In this document: positions 21,581 through 35,156 of the stretch, piece after piece
Numbering within the stretch: the stretch's first letter is position 1
Layout: the number at the start of each line of letters is the position of its first letter
Origin: a virus
Taxonomy: Duplodnaviria; Heunggongvirae; Uroviricota; Caudoviricetes
Length of the DNA: 64,000 nt
Direction: 5' to 3' (one strand)
IMG/VR virus record: IMGVR_UViG_2029527006_000005
Notes under the pieces: model-generated
What the model was told of the DNA's origin: nothing
What the model saw: the letters and a program-made list of their open reading frames with translations, nothing else
Databases searched by the model: none
Made by a program: the position numbers and the translations under genes

Positions 21581-22184
21581 GATGCTCAACTAATGCATTT
21601 AACTGAACTACAATCATAAGACTATACGCATAAGCGTGAGGCTTTTTAAAGTAACGTAGTTTATGACCTTCTCCGTCAAGCCCTATCGAAGCATAATCCC
21701 AAACAGTAGCCCTAATTTCATCCCAACTATTCATACTCTGGCAGTGTCTTTTGCCCGGTCGAATGATTGCAATAAACATTGCTAGTTCATCTACGGAACT
21801 TGGTTTCCAAAGTTGTAGTAATGATATGTGCTTTTTAATCTGAGATAATTGTTCAACAATTTCTGGAACTAATAACAACGACCAATCTGGCTCACGTGCC
21901 ATTAACTCTTTTAAATGTTCTCTATCTCGAACATGATCATACGCCGATTGAGAAAGTATATCAACTTTTTGATATCCTAATCTTTCGGCTTCTTTATATG
22001 GTATACTCGCATATCCAGTAATTGGATCTGTAGGTATATTATCAAAATGTACACCACTCTTGTGTACTATAAAACCATCTTCATTAATGATTTCTACACT
22101 ACGAACACAAGGTAGTAAAGGAATTACTTCTTTCGAACTTCTAACGTCAATATCAACGTCAGTTCTCGCCTTTTTATATTCCAT
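21564..22184 (-). CDS. Minimal DNA polymerase III alpha (DnaE)-like protein
   Basis: TDVDID, HKSGV, KVDILS, IAIIRPG, FKKPHAYAY correspond to DnaE PDIDID, HAAGV, KFDFLG, RPG, FNKSHAAAY. Confidence 0.75.
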   Translation of the reverse strand: MEYKKARTDVDIDVRSSKEVIPLLPCVRSVEIINEDGFIVHKSGVHFDNIPTDPITGYASIPYKEAERLGYQKVDILSQSAYDHVRDREHLKELMAREPDWSLLLVPEIVEQLSQIKKHISLLQLWKPSSVDELAMFIAIIRPGKRHCQSMNSWDEIRATVWDYASIGLDGEGHKLRYFKKPHAYAYSLMIVVQLNALVEHLTSSS

Positions 22185-22560
22185 TGTATTTCATCATTCC
22201 TTTCAATGAATCTAATTCAGCCTGTAATGATCTAATATGACCGTCCAAAGTTCTTACAGTACGGTTAAGGTTGTTAACACCTTTATTCAATTCTGCAATA
22301 CTACTATTGTGCTTCTCAATCATATTGATCACTCCTTGAATGTGTCCTGCATCCATGACTCGAAGGGTTTGTCCGTCGAGTGTGATTTCAGTGACATGTG
22401 CTTCTCGTAGTACTGTGATCTTCTGCGATTCTTTATTTGGTTTTGTATCTTCTTTTTCATCAATCTTCACGTTATACATTGTCTGTACTTTTGGTGGTGA
22501 AGGTGGTGCTTCTGGACGTGTACTATCCTGTGGTGGGTTCGTTGGTTGCTTACTGCTCAT
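22174..22560 (-). CDS. Coiled-coil hypothetical protein
   Basis: Pro-rich N-terminus, heptad C-terminus. Confidence 0.6.
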   Translation of the reverse strand: MSSKQPTNPPQDSTRPEAPPSPPKVQTMYNVKIDEKEDTKPNKESQKITVLREAHVTEITLDGQTLRVMDAGHIQGVINMIEKHNSSIAELNKGVNNLNRTVRTLDGHIRSLQAELDSLKGMMKYNGI

Positions 22561-23276
22561 AGTCCTGCCTCTATCAAAAGATTGCGAATGTAATTACAAT
22601 CTTCTTGGTATTTGATTTGTTTCATTTGATAATAAGTAGGATCGACAAATTTAATTAGATATTCTAATTCTGAATTAGATAGTCGTGAGAATAAGGAATT
22701 ACCAGCAGCAGTAGGTGCGATGTAAATTAACCAAGGGGAAATCTTACCGCACTCAAACCACTGAATAGCACGTACCGAACTAACTTCATCAAAGAATTTA
22801 GTCCAATCGCTATCAACAATCTCAGCCCACTCCACCAACGCTGGTATCGAGCGTTCAATCGCTCTGCGTGGATGTTCTTCACGAATGCATTTAATTACCC
22901 ATTCCTCTAAGGTTTTATGAGTCATCCATTCGTACACTGGTTTACCACTAGTCATGATAGATTCAACAAATTGTTCTTTGTTCAAAATATCATTGGCAAG
23001 AATGTATTCTGCAAATTTATAGAAATCATTAAAGTACTTTGATTTTATAAAGTGCATTAGTGGTTCTTCACTCTTACCCATACTTAGTTTGTGTTTAGTC
23101 ATGAACAGCATGTAGATACGAAAAGCCTCCCGCATTTGGCGGGAGTCACGTTCATTGTATCTTTCACGTTTCTCACATTTGTGAGTCATGACTGTTTCTT
23201 CTCTTTTATACTCTTTATTACAAAACCCACATTTAAATGTAGGTGCTTTCTTAGCTAACTTTGCCATATTTTTCAC
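22557..23276 (-). CDS. Hypothetical protein with N-terminal C2H-type zinc finger
   Basis: FKCGFCNKEY.....MTHKC. Confidence 0.65.
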   Translation of the reverse strand: MKNMAKLAKKAPTFKCGFCNKEYKREETVMTHKCEKRERYNERDSRQMREAFRIYMLFMTKHKLSMGKSEEPLMHFIKSKYFNDFYKFAEYILANDILNKEQFVESIMTSGKPVYEWMTHKTLEEWVIKCIREEHPRRAIERSIPALVEWAEIVDSDWTKFFDEVSSVRAIQWFECGKISPWLIYIAPTAAGNSLFSRLSNSELEYLIKFVDPTYYQMKQIKYQEDCNYIRNLLIEAGL

Positions 23277-24096
23277 ACTCTGCTTTAAACTGTTTTAAGT
23301 AGTCTTTCTTATCACTATCTTGAAATCCAAAATCATCAAGTAGAGATTCAAAAGATTTCTTATCGTAATTCAAAAGAAGAATTTTGTACTCAAGTTCAGA
23401 AAGTTGTGCAGCAGTATAAACCGACTGCGTTTTCTTGATTAGTTCGAATAAGTTCTTATTGACGTTCTTCAAACCTTTAGGGAACGGTAGCCACGTATGG
23501 GCTTGTTTATTTCCACCAATAATAGAGGAAACAGAACATAGTAGTTGATATACTAGATCGGGAGTATTTTGCATCTCCCACATACCGTCATTCACCATGT
23601 CATTAAGCATAATAAGCATATGTTTGTACGTAGTACTGTCAACTAGTGATACCATTTCAAATCCAGTAATACCGAACTCTTTCATCGCGACAATAAGTTT
23701 GTCTGCCGATTCTTTGTCCTTCACTGCAAATTTAATACGCCAATCATACTGTGCGTGTTGGTATTTCGCAACACCGATACAGTTGATCTCTTTACTTTTA
23801 AATTCAGTACGTAATTCGTTTAGTGCTTCTTTGCCACCTTTGGCCCATTTACCAAAAATAGCTTCAACGGTTTTAGCAGAATAAGTTACTTGCATAGAAT
23901 CATCAAGTGAACTAATCCAACGTTGAATTACGTATGGTTGAAAACTCTTCTTCTGGTTATCAGTTAGAGTGTCAAAGTAATCGTATTGTGCAGTGTCAAT
24001 CTTCTCTAGCAAAAGATTCATATCGAGTTCGACTTTCTTCTCAATCTCGTATTCTTCTACTGGAGTTGTTTCTTTAGTATTACTGAAGTCAAACAT
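23251..24096 (-). CDS. Clamp-loader small subunit (gp62-like) with internal insertion
   Basis: FQPYVIQRWIS ... MLNDMVN...PDLVYQLL...HTWLP; start moved to 24096 (GGGAG SD). Confidence 0.55.
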   Translation of the reverse strand: MFDFSNTKETTPVEEYEIEKKVELDMNLLLEKIDTAQYDYFDTLTDNQKKSFQPYVIQRWISSLDDSMQVTYSAKTVEAIFGKWAKGGKEALNELRTEFKSKEINCIGVAKYQHAQYDWRIKFAVKDKESADKLIVAMKEFGITGFEMVSLVDSTTYKHMLIMLNDMVNDGMWEMQNTPDLVYQLLCSVSSIIGGNKQAHTWLPFPKGLKNVNKNLFELIKKTQSVYTAAQLSELEYKILLLNYDKKSFESLLDDFGFQDSDKKDYLKQFKAECEKYGKVS

Positions 24097-24098
24097 TA

Positions 24099-24596
24099 TC
24101 AAGCTCCCAAGAATAAATCAGGTATTTTTTCGTTTTCGTCTGCAAAAAAGACGCATTTAGGATTATACCCGTTTGACAATGGAACAGCAAGTAAATTCTT
24201 ACGTTGAACCATTGGCATTTGCCATTTAGTAGTTAGTGTGAATACTCGTAGTACTTTAACGTCTTCATAACGTGCGTACATAGAACGAATAGGATTGTAT
24301 ACGTATGCTTTAGGTTCTTTCATGTTTAAAAGATTTTCAATAGTACACATCTCTGCCATTCCAGTATCTTCGTCACCTAGAAGTATCTGCCAACCTAGGG
24401 GTACTTGAATAACTTTATCACCAATTTGTAAATCAGCACTCAAGCTGTTGAATGATACTGTGTGGTTGATAGGTCTGAAGTAAAAGTCAGAATCACCGTG
24501 ATCACTCAAGTCTAGTACACAGTACATCTCTTCTGGTATCTCATCAGATACCAAGTCCATTTCGTATGCATAGTTTTCTGGGGTTAGAATTTGCAT
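24099..24596 (-). CDS. Conserved-looking hypothetical protein downstream of uvsW
   Basis: 165-aa ORF, operon packing. Confidence 0.65.
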   Translation of the reverse strand: MQILTPENYAYEMDLVSDEIPEEMYCVLDLSDHGDSDFYFRPINHTVSFNSLSADLQIGDKVIQVPLGWQILLGDEDTGMAEMCTIENLLNMKEPKAYVYNPIRSMYARYEDVKVLRVFTLTTKWQMPMVQRKNLLAVPLSNGYNPKCVFFADENEKIPDLFLGA

Positions 24597-24605
24597 AAAC
24601 CCTCC

Positions 24606-25043
24606 TTAGTAGTTGTAATCATCGTCGTAGTTGTATTCGTCGTCCTGATAATCTTCTTCGTCATCACCAGCACCAAAAAACTCCAACCCATACGTATCAC
24701 ATACTTCCTGAATCTTATCAGTGTCGCTGTCAATATAAGCATCAAAGTTACCTGTGATGCTGATTACGTCCACAAAGGTTTTAGAATCAGTACTAGCATA
24801 AATTATGTCATATTTTGTTTTGCCAACGTGTTCCGCAAAACGTGTTTGGATTTCATAGATATTAATCCATGAATCGCTATCCGAATAGCAACGATACACA
24901 TACGTATCAGCGGTTTCTAGCTCTGCTATGAAGTCCACTGAGAATACCATGTCATCAATCAAAGATTCCTCGTTAATCAAGGAATCGATCTTTTCTAGCG
25001 TTGCTGAATCTCCAATAAAAGCGATACAAGATCGAAGTTCCAT
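24606..25043 (-). CDS. Hypothetical protein with acidic tail
   Basis: ORF after promoter 25074-25102. Confidence 0.65.
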   Translation of the reverse strand: MELRSCIAFIGDSATLEKIDSLINEESLIDDMVFSVDFIAELETADTYVYRCYSDSDSWINIYEIQTRFAEHVGKTKYDIIYASTDSKTFVDVISITGNFDAYIDSDTDKIQEVCDTYGLEFFGAGDDEEDYQDDEYNYDDDYNY

Positions 25044-25073
25044 TTTTTAATTCCTTATGTTAGTTACATTTAT

Positions 25074-25102
25074 ATTATATCACATTTTTTCTATTTCATC
25101 CC
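25074..25102 (-). promoter_or_regulatory. Phage early/middle promoter, variant GGGATG-N17-TATAAT
   Basis: Motif copy overlapping the uvsW stop. Confidence 0.65.
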
Positions 25103-26580
25103 AAGTTTTGCCAATCGTCAACTACTATTTGTTCATATGGATACTGAACCTCTTTGTAGTAAGCAACTCGCTCCCTTGAGTGTTTTGCAGAATACTTATT
25201 TGATCCTGAAATGTCGAAAATTTCAACGTGATCTTTGTCTTCAGCACGGCGTAAACCACGACCGATACTCTGAATAGTTCGAACGAAAGATTTTCCCGGT
25301 TCAATTAGTACTACGTTATATAGACGACTGATACTAATACCAGTACTCGCAACTCCGTATGTAGCAATTAGAATCTTGTTATCAGCCCAACGGATTTCCC
25401 CGTATGACGCTTCACGGTCTTTCTTCTTAGTATTACCACGAACAAACTCAGATTTAGGAATTCCCAAAAACTCACATAGTAATTCCCCTGCTTCCAACCT
25501 ATCAACTAACACAAGTGTATTACCACTCTCTGAAATAGCACTAATCAATGTAGCGATGTATTTCATTCTATCTCTATCCGTTACTAAGAATTTCATCTCT
25601 TCTGGATAAGTTGCAAACTTCAATGAACTTTTCAATTTAATGCAGTTCACATTACAAGTACTCAAAATGTTCTTTTCTTGAAGTTCTTTTGCAGTGATTG
25701 TGTATATAACATCACCTACGTTACATTTGATTTTAGCCGCTAGTACTGGATCTTTCGGAATTGTGCCAGTTAATCCCCAACGTAAAGGAATACGGCTCAT
25801 AACCTGCCCTAGAACGGCCTGTAACGCATCAGCAGCACTCGTATGAGCCTCATCGACCATCACACATACCACGCCGTCTATGAAGTCGTGAATGTCCTGT
25901 TCAGTCAATGGAATCTCATCTTTCTTTGTTTTCTTCCACAAAGAATTTAGTGATTGCCATGTTGTAATTGTATGCTGGTGGCCTAACTCTTTCTTATCAC
26001 CATAAAACACACCCGCATCCAATCCACACATAGCATAGTCATTATACGTTTGTTGTACTAGATCAGTACTTGGTACAATGATAATACTGCGTCCGTATTT
26101 CTCAACAGATTTAGATAGTGCTGCGGTAATTAGTGTTTTACCACTACTAGTACTTGCAAGTAATAATCCATGTTGATTGTTCAAACATGCATTAACTGCA
26201 TTTACTTGGTGTTCACGTAGAATGATTTTCTTCCCTTCCATATGGTGACCAGCAGGGAATTCTACGTCATCGAAAATATTTTCGTCTATTGGGTCGAATT
26301 GAAAATCATATTTAATTCGCTCATCAACAACATCGATGTATACATTATGTTTATCTAAAATTGGTAGTAGTTTATCAAGCATATGATAATAGGTACTACC
26401 ACCCATATTCATAAAGTGTACTTTACCATCCCAACGACCCATTTTACCTGCTGGAGTAAAACGAGCGTAAGGAAGTACATAAGCAACTTCGTTAATCATC
26501 TTGCTTCGTATTGAAGGTTCAAGACCTTCAAATTTACAGTTTACTTCATCCTGAAGTATTAGTTTACAAACTCCACTCAT
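25096..26580 (-). CDS. uvsW: UvsW-like SF2 DNA helicase
   Basis: LREHQ, ASTSSGKT, IIVPS..LVQQT, VDEAH, GLTGT, STGISI, QSIGRGLR. Confidence 0.92.
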   Translation of the reverse strand: MSGVCKLILQDEVNCKFEGLEPSIRSKMINEVAYVLPYARFTPAGKMGRWDGKVHFMNMGGSTYYHMLDKLLPILDKHNVYIDVVDERIKYDFQFDPIDENIFDDVEFPAGHHMEGKKIILREHQVNAVNACLNNQHGLLLASTSSGKTLITAALSKSVEKYGRSIIIVPSTDLVQQTYNDYAMCGLDAGVFYGDKKELGHQHTITTWQSLNSLWKKTKKDEIPLTEQDIHDFIDGVVCVMVDEAHTSAADALQAVLGQVMSRIPLRWGLTGTIPKDPVLAAKIKCNVGDVIYTITAKELQEKNILSTCNVNCIKLKSSLKFATYPEEMKFLVTDRDRMKYIATLISAISESGNTLVLVDRLEAGELLCEFLGIPKSEFVRGNTKKKDREASYGEIRWADNKILIATYGVASTGISISRLYNVVLIEPGKSFVRTIQSIGRGLRRAEDKDHVEIFDISGSNKYSAKHSRERVAYYKEVQYPYEQIVVDDWQNLG

Positions 26581-26597
26581 CCTTGAGTCCTTTTAAA

Positions 26598-27416
26598 TCA
26601 ATTTGTTCTTTCTGAATACTCACATTCAATGGTGTAAGCCAAGTCTGCATCGTAGTTTGGCAAATCAGCATTTAGAATGTCACTATTAGTTATCATCCAC
26701 TGCAAGTAGTTTAAAGGAACATTTTTCATCTTCTCGCCTTTGTGTTTACCAATAGGCATTAGATTATAACGGTACGGTCTATTACAGAATGCAATAATCT
26801 GTTCACCAATGTCTTTGGTTGGATCAACCTCACCACGTTCGATACAAATCTGTACTAAATGGATTAGTACTTTGTAGCACATGAACACGTCATCCTTTGC
26901 GGCGTGAGCATTGATTGGGCGAGTTACAGATTTATGTAATCCGTATTTAAACCACAAATAACTTAGTTTGAAGTTTTCATATTCCATGTCTTCGGCAAAT
27001 AGTTTTTTTGCTAAACGTAAGGTGCAAATCCACTTAGTATTGTCGAGCATGTATTCTGGAACAACACCAACATATTTTGCGTGGTTCTGTATGTACATAT
27101 CACGGTCAAAGTCTACGTTGTGTCCGATGTAGTATTCACGAGTACCGAAGAGTGAATCTATATTCTGGATATCATCTTCGTAAGTGCCGCAGTCTACTAA
27201 ATCTTCGTCAGTAATGAAATGCACAGAAGAAGCAATTGCTGGTACTGGTTGAAGTGGTTTATAGCGTTGAGTGTAGTTTACGATCTCATCAATGTCATCA
27301 TTTGCACTCATAGGGAATGAAGCACTGAATTCAATAATATCTGCATCTTCACCAACACCAGTTGTTTCAGTATCATTGACTACGATTTTCTGTAGAAATT
27401 CATCAATCTTATTCAT
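26598..27416 (-). CDS. DEDDh 3'-5' exonuclease (ExoX/epsilon-like)
   Basis: DTETTG, GHNVDFD, CTLRLA, HAAKDD, C-terminal MPIGKHKG...YLQW. Confidence 0.88.
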   Translation of the reverse strand: MNKIDEFLQKIVVNDTETTGVGEDADIIEFSASFPMSANDDIDEIVNYTQRYKPLQPVPAIASSVHFITDEDLVDCGTYEDDIQNIDSLFGTREYYIGHNVDFDRDMYIQNHAKYVGVVPEYMLDNTKWICTLRLAKKLFAEDMEYENFKLSYLWFKYGLHKSVTRPINAHAAKDDVFMCYKVLIHLVQICIERGEVDPTKDIGEQIIAFCNRPYRYNLMPIGKHKGEKMKNVPLNYLQWMITNSDILNADLPNYDADLAYTIECEYSERTN

Positions 27417-27435
27417 ATTATTTTTCTCAAAAGAA

Positions 27436-27456
27436 AAGGACGCTCAATGCGTCCTT
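27436..27456 (-). terminator. Intrinsic terminator after uvsY
   Basis: AAGGACGC-TCAAT-GCGTCCTT. Confidence 0.7.
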
Positions 27457-27463
27457 AATAAAT

Positions 27464-27925
27464 TTATTCCAATCTTGCGTCTTCGATACCAGCAGTTCTT
27501 AGTTTAACAATATTGTTTAACTGGAATGCTTTCATCTCTAACGACTTTACAATACTTGTGAACTGATTTCGAATATAAGCAACTTCGTTAATTAGTTCTG
27601 ATAGTTCTGAAACTTCTTTGTCACCTTCGACATATCGTTTACAGTCTGAACTAGATAGTTGGCGTTTATAGTGCTCAAGGAAATGCTTGAACTTCTCACC
27701 TTCTAATTGCTTCATTTCAATTTCTAGTACTTCAAGTACAGCTTCAAGTTGTTGCAACTGGCTATATCTGGTTTCATGCCAAGCTGGTAATTGCTGTGCA
27801 ATCTTCTCGATGATGCCGATTTGTTTTACTTCACGGCGAGCCTCTTCAAGCTCACCATCGTAATATTCAATCATGTCAACAATCTTGGCTTTATCATCTT
27901 TAATAACCCAATGCCAAGGTCGCAT
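27464..27925 (-). CDS. uvsY: UvsY-like recombination mediator
   Basis: Helical protein after uvsX; YVEGD, KAFQLNNIVKLRTAG. Confidence 0.8.
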   Translation of the reverse strand: MRPWHWVIKDDKAKIVDMIEYYDGELEEARREVKQIGIIEKIAQQLPAWHETRYSQLQQLEAVLEVLEIEMKQLEGEKFKHFLEHYKRQLSSSDCKRYVEGDKEVSELSELINEVAYIRNQFTSIVKSLEMKAFQLNNIVKLRTAGIEDARLE

Positions 27926-29046
27926 TATTCTTCTCCGCTATCTTCTACATCAGTACCGAATGATTCATCACCTTTTTCTTCTTCAGTAATAGGGGAAATC
28001 ATTGGGTGACGTTTAAATTGATTCATAATTAGATCTAAACACTGATCTTCATTATTCATCCATGCTTTACGGAATTTAAGAATTTGCTCACCAGTATCGA
28101 TATCTACGTAAAGTAGACGGTTACCAGATTTTGTAACTAAACCATATTTTTCAAACATGTCTAGTAAACCACTGCGTGGGTCCATACCACTATCCCAAGG
28201 AATCTTAATTTCAACTTCTTCGAATGGTTTGTTATAACGAGTTTTCATTACTTTACATTTTGAACGAATACCACTAACGTCAGAAGTTTTGTTACCATCT
28301 TCATCTTCTTTTAGTTTTAGTTTACCCATTGCAATTACCATAGAGGATGCATAAATCAATCCACTACCACCTGATACTTTAGGGTCTGGGTTAAACATAT
28401 CTTGGGATTCATAGCTGTGGTTTACACATACCATGCCGATGTTTAGGGAACCAATAGAGTTTACACAGTTAGTAATGTAAGCCTTTAGTTGTTTTGGTTT
28501 ATGTCCCATATCACCTTTGAGGTTACCAGCTTTCATCTGGTCATTGGCGATTTCAGTATTAAGCATACCGATTGAGTCAATAATGAATAGAACTTTTTGA
28601 CGTTCTTCTTTTGGTGTGTTTTCATATTCTTTGCGATAGCCATCAATAAACTCATAAGTAAATTTGGCAACATCACCAATCATACCCATATTAACTTTTA
28701 GAAGTTTATCTTCGGAAGTATCTACGCCTAGAGCATGTAGCCAATCAGAATCCAATGCGTTCTCAGAGTCAATCATGACTACGAAGATGCCTTGTTTCTG
28801 TGCTTCACGTGCTAGGTTACCACTCACGATGAATGACTTACCTGAACCGGATTCACCAGCGAACATTGCTACTTTACCGAGGGGAATACCACGATCAAAG
28901 TAACCGCTGATTCGATAGTTTAACGCAAAGTTTCCGGTACTAACCCAAGTATCTGGGTCGTGAAAACCAACTGATACACCAGTATTCTTTTTGACTGATG
29001 CTGTACTATTCTTTAGAATGTTTGAAAAACCACTTGTCATTTTCAT
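27925..29046 (-). CDS. uvsX: UvsX/RecA recombinase
   Basis: STGNFALN, GESGSGKS, DSENA, IIDSIG, NHSY, SGGSG; start moved to 29046. Confidence 0.93.
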   Translation of the reverse strand: MKMTSGFSNILKNSTASVKKNTGVSVGFHDPDTWVSTGNFALNYRISGYFDRGIPLGKVAMFAGESGSGKSFIVSGNLAREAQKQGIFVVMIDSENALDSDWLHALGVDTSEDKLLKVNMGMIGDVAKFTYEFIDGYRKEYENTPKEERQKVLFIIDSIGMLNTEIANDQMKAGNLKGDMGHKPKQLKAYITNCVNSIGSLNIGMVCVNHSYESQDMFNPDPKVSGGSGLIYASSMVIAMGKLKLKEDEDGNKTSDVSGIRSKCKVMKTRYNKPFEEVEIKIPWDSGMDPRSGLLDMFEKYGLVTKSGNRLLYVDIDTGEQILKFRKAWMNNEDQCLDLIMNQFKRHPMISPITEEEKGDESFGTDVEDSGEE

Positions 29047-29068
29047 ATCTTCTTCTCCATGAAATAAA

Positions 29069-29091
29069 ATGGGGCTAATCCGTAGCCCCAT
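29069..29091 (-). terminator. Intrinsic terminator after ssb
   Basis: ATGGGGCTA-ATCCG-TAGCCCCAT plus U-run. Confidence 0.75.
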
Positions 29092-29099
29092 ATGAAAAA

Positions 29100-30143
29100 T
29101 TACTTATTGCCACCTTTTAGACGAGCTACTAAATCAGAAGCAGATACCGCTGGTTTAGATGCTGCTGCTGGAGTAGTATTAACTACTGGAGCAGTTGCTG
29201 CTGGAGTAACAACAGTTTGTGCTGCTTCTACAACTGGAGTATTAACAACTGGAGCAGCTTGAGCTACGGTTTGTTGTACTGGAGTAGATTGTGGAGCAGT
29301 ACCATTTGGTTTTTGTACACCTGCTGGACGGTAAGCGAAAGCCCAACGTGCAGGATCGTATGGTTTGCCGTCTACTGATGCTTCGAACATTTCTGCGATA
29401 GCTTGTAACTCTTCTGGAGTTGGTTGCTTAGGCATGAATTCGCCTAGGTCGAATAGACCATACTGTTCAATTGCTGCTAGTTCTTCAGCGTTTAGTGGAC
29501 GTTCTGACATGGAGAATTGAGACATGTCATATTTGTTGAAGCCACCACCGTTACGAGTTTTAACAACACCGAAATCACGACCTTCTTGATAATGAGTAGG
29601 TAGTTCTTTGATGCCTGGGTTCATTAGGATAGATTTTACTTTATCGAAAATTTCCTTGTTAACTAGTACGCGACGAATTGGATTCTCTGGAGCCATATCA
29701 TCTTTAACTGCTACTGAATCTGGTGCGATGAAGCACTGTAGTAGGTAAGATTTTTTCTTCCAGTATTTGCTAGCTAGGTTTTTTAGTTCATCATTGCCAG
29801 TTTCTTTTGCACTTTCGTACCACTTACGTAGTTCGGTTAGTACAGGGCAAGATTTTGGAACCCACATTTCGTTACATGGTACTTGAACACGTACTTTATC
29901 GGTATGCATACCAACAACGCCGTTGAACTCAAGGTTAATCATGTCACGTTCACGCCAGAAGAATGGGTTATTCTCATCTGCATCTGGTAGGAAGCGTAGG
30001 TTTAGAGGTTCGTTTTCAGGGATATTCCAGAACGCTAGGAATGCGTCAGGTTGACGAGTTCCGGTAAATGTTCCGCTTTTGATTGCTTCAGAACGTTCTG
30101 CGTCTGCTTTTAGTTGAGCACGAATTTCAGCTAGAGATTTCAT
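29100..30143 (-). CDS. gp32: Single-stranded DNA-binding protein (gp32-like)
   Basis: LRFLPD, VPC..M....CPV, GRDF, YD.SQF; start moved to 30143 (AAGGA SD). Confidence 0.85.
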   Translation of the reverse strand: MKSLAEIRAQLKADAERSEAIKSGTFTGTRQPDAFLAFWNIPENEPLNLRFLPDADENNPFFWRERDMINLEFNGVVGMHTDKVRVQVPCNEMWVPKSCPVLTELRKWYESAKETGNDELKNLASKYWKKKSYLLQCFIAPDSVAVKDDMAPENPIRRVLVNKEIFDKVKSILMNPGIKELPTHYQEGRDFGVVKTRNGGGFNKYDMSQFSMSERPLNAEELAAIEQYGLFDLGEFMPKQPTPEELQAIAEMFEASVDGKPYDPARWAFAYRPAGVQKPNGTAPQSTPVQQTVAQAAPVVNTPVVEAAQTVVTPAATAPVVNTTPAAASKPAVSASDLVARLKGGNK

Positions 30144-30257
30144 ATTGTATTCCTTTACATTTGGTTTCTTTGTTACGTTTTTATTTGCTTCTTTGTTAAC
30201 ACCTAACGTCATGTCGGGTGTAGGTTACCATCAAACATCATGTCTTCCGGTATCATT

Positions 30258-30286
30258 ATTATATCACATTTTCTTCAAAATGTCCC
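30258..30286 (-). promoter_or_regulatory. Phage early/middle promoter (ssb proximal)
   Basis: GGGACA-N17-TATAAT. Confidence 0.8.
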
Positions 30287-30339
30287 AATAATTTTCAAGA
30301 TTTTTTACTGACTTCTTGTTGTCATACTTTCGTAATATT

Positions 30340-30368
30340 ATTATATCACAAAAAATCCGGTTTGTCCC
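30340..30368 (-). promoter_or_regulatory. Phage early/middle promoter (ssb distal, tandem)
   Basis: GGGACA-N17-TATAAT. Confidence 0.8.
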
Positions 30369-30373
30369 AAATA

Positions 30374-30391
30374 AAGGGTGACGTATCACCC

Positions 30392-30393
<2 letters not shown>
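30374..30393 (-). terminator. Intrinsic terminator
   Basis: AAGGGTGA-CGTA-TCACCCTT. Confidence 0.7.
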
Positions 30394-31696
<1,303 letters not shown>

Positions 31697-31708
31697 TTAT
31701 AATTCTAT

Positions 31709-33352
<1,644 letters not shown>

Positions 33353-33384
33353 TTAAAAATCTTTTGGCTTTATTGCCTCACTTT

Positions 33385-33392
33385 TATTTATA
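33385..33392 (-). promoter_or_regulatory. T4-type late promoter TATAAATA for terL
   Basis: Exact consensus 45 nt upstream of ATG. Confidence 0.7.
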
Positions 33393-33453
33393 AAAGATTT
33401 AAAATTGATACCCAAATTAGTTGCATATGAAACTATTTCAAATGTAATTAAAA

Positions 33454-33473
33454 AAGGATGCCGAAGCATCCTT
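33454..33473 (-). terminator. Terminator with C(UUCG)G tetraloop
   Basis: Minus strand AAGGATGC-TTCG-GCATCCTT-TTTT. Confidence 0.85.
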
Positions 33474-33477
33474 ATTG

Positions 33478-33980
33478 TTATTGTAGAGATTTTAGTTGAT
33501 AGTTGCATTCCATATAAGTTTTAAATGGACCAAATATTTTCCCAGAATCTTTACGTTCTTCGTAGATATCAACGCTAAGAGTTAGACGTGCAAGATAATC
33601 TCCTGCTGCGGTTTGTACAACCCACCAGCCCGGATAAAATTGTTTCTTAGAACGTTGGCTCTTTCTGAATACTGGATAACCAGTTACACTATCAGTTTCA
33701 ACACCAATAGTTAAATCAGTATCGTTTACCGGATATCCATCAATTTCTTTAGTACTAACAGTACTGTCATTTTGTTCTTTCTCTTTTACTTGGAAAGATT
33801 CTCCAAGCATTTCTTCTAATTCGGTTAAAGAATTAAAAGCATAGACACCATCATTGTTGAATAGTTCAATACCAGTACGATCAGTTGTACCAGCACTATA
33901 ATCAACTAGAATGCCTAGTTGTTCCCCTGCTTCATTTTCTAGAATGAATGAATAATCTGTTAGTTTGTTAAGTACTGCCA

Positions 33981-33981
<1 letters not shown>
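33478..33981 (-). CDS. Hypothetical protein
   Basis: 167-aa ORF coupled to the rnh stop. Confidence 0.7.
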
Positions 33982-35031
<1,050 letters not shown>

Positions 35032-35103
35032 AAGATCTGATAAATAAAACCATAGAAACAAATCAATTTTATCGCATTTATCTAAACATGAATGAATGGA
35101 ATT

Positions 35104-35111
35104 GATAAATA
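35104..35111 (+). promoter_or_regulatory. Late promoter GATAAATA
   Basis: Upstream of two highly biased structural-type genes; second copy at 35039-35046. Confidence 0.6.
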
Positions 35112-35156
35112 ACATTAAGCAGGACAATCCTGCAACAAATTAGACAAGGAGATTTT

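Noticed and set aside
24099-24596. Possible stand-alone Hint (intein-like) domain
   Set aside because: Only a vague beta-strand resemblance; no N-terminal Cys/Ser or C-terminal His-Asn
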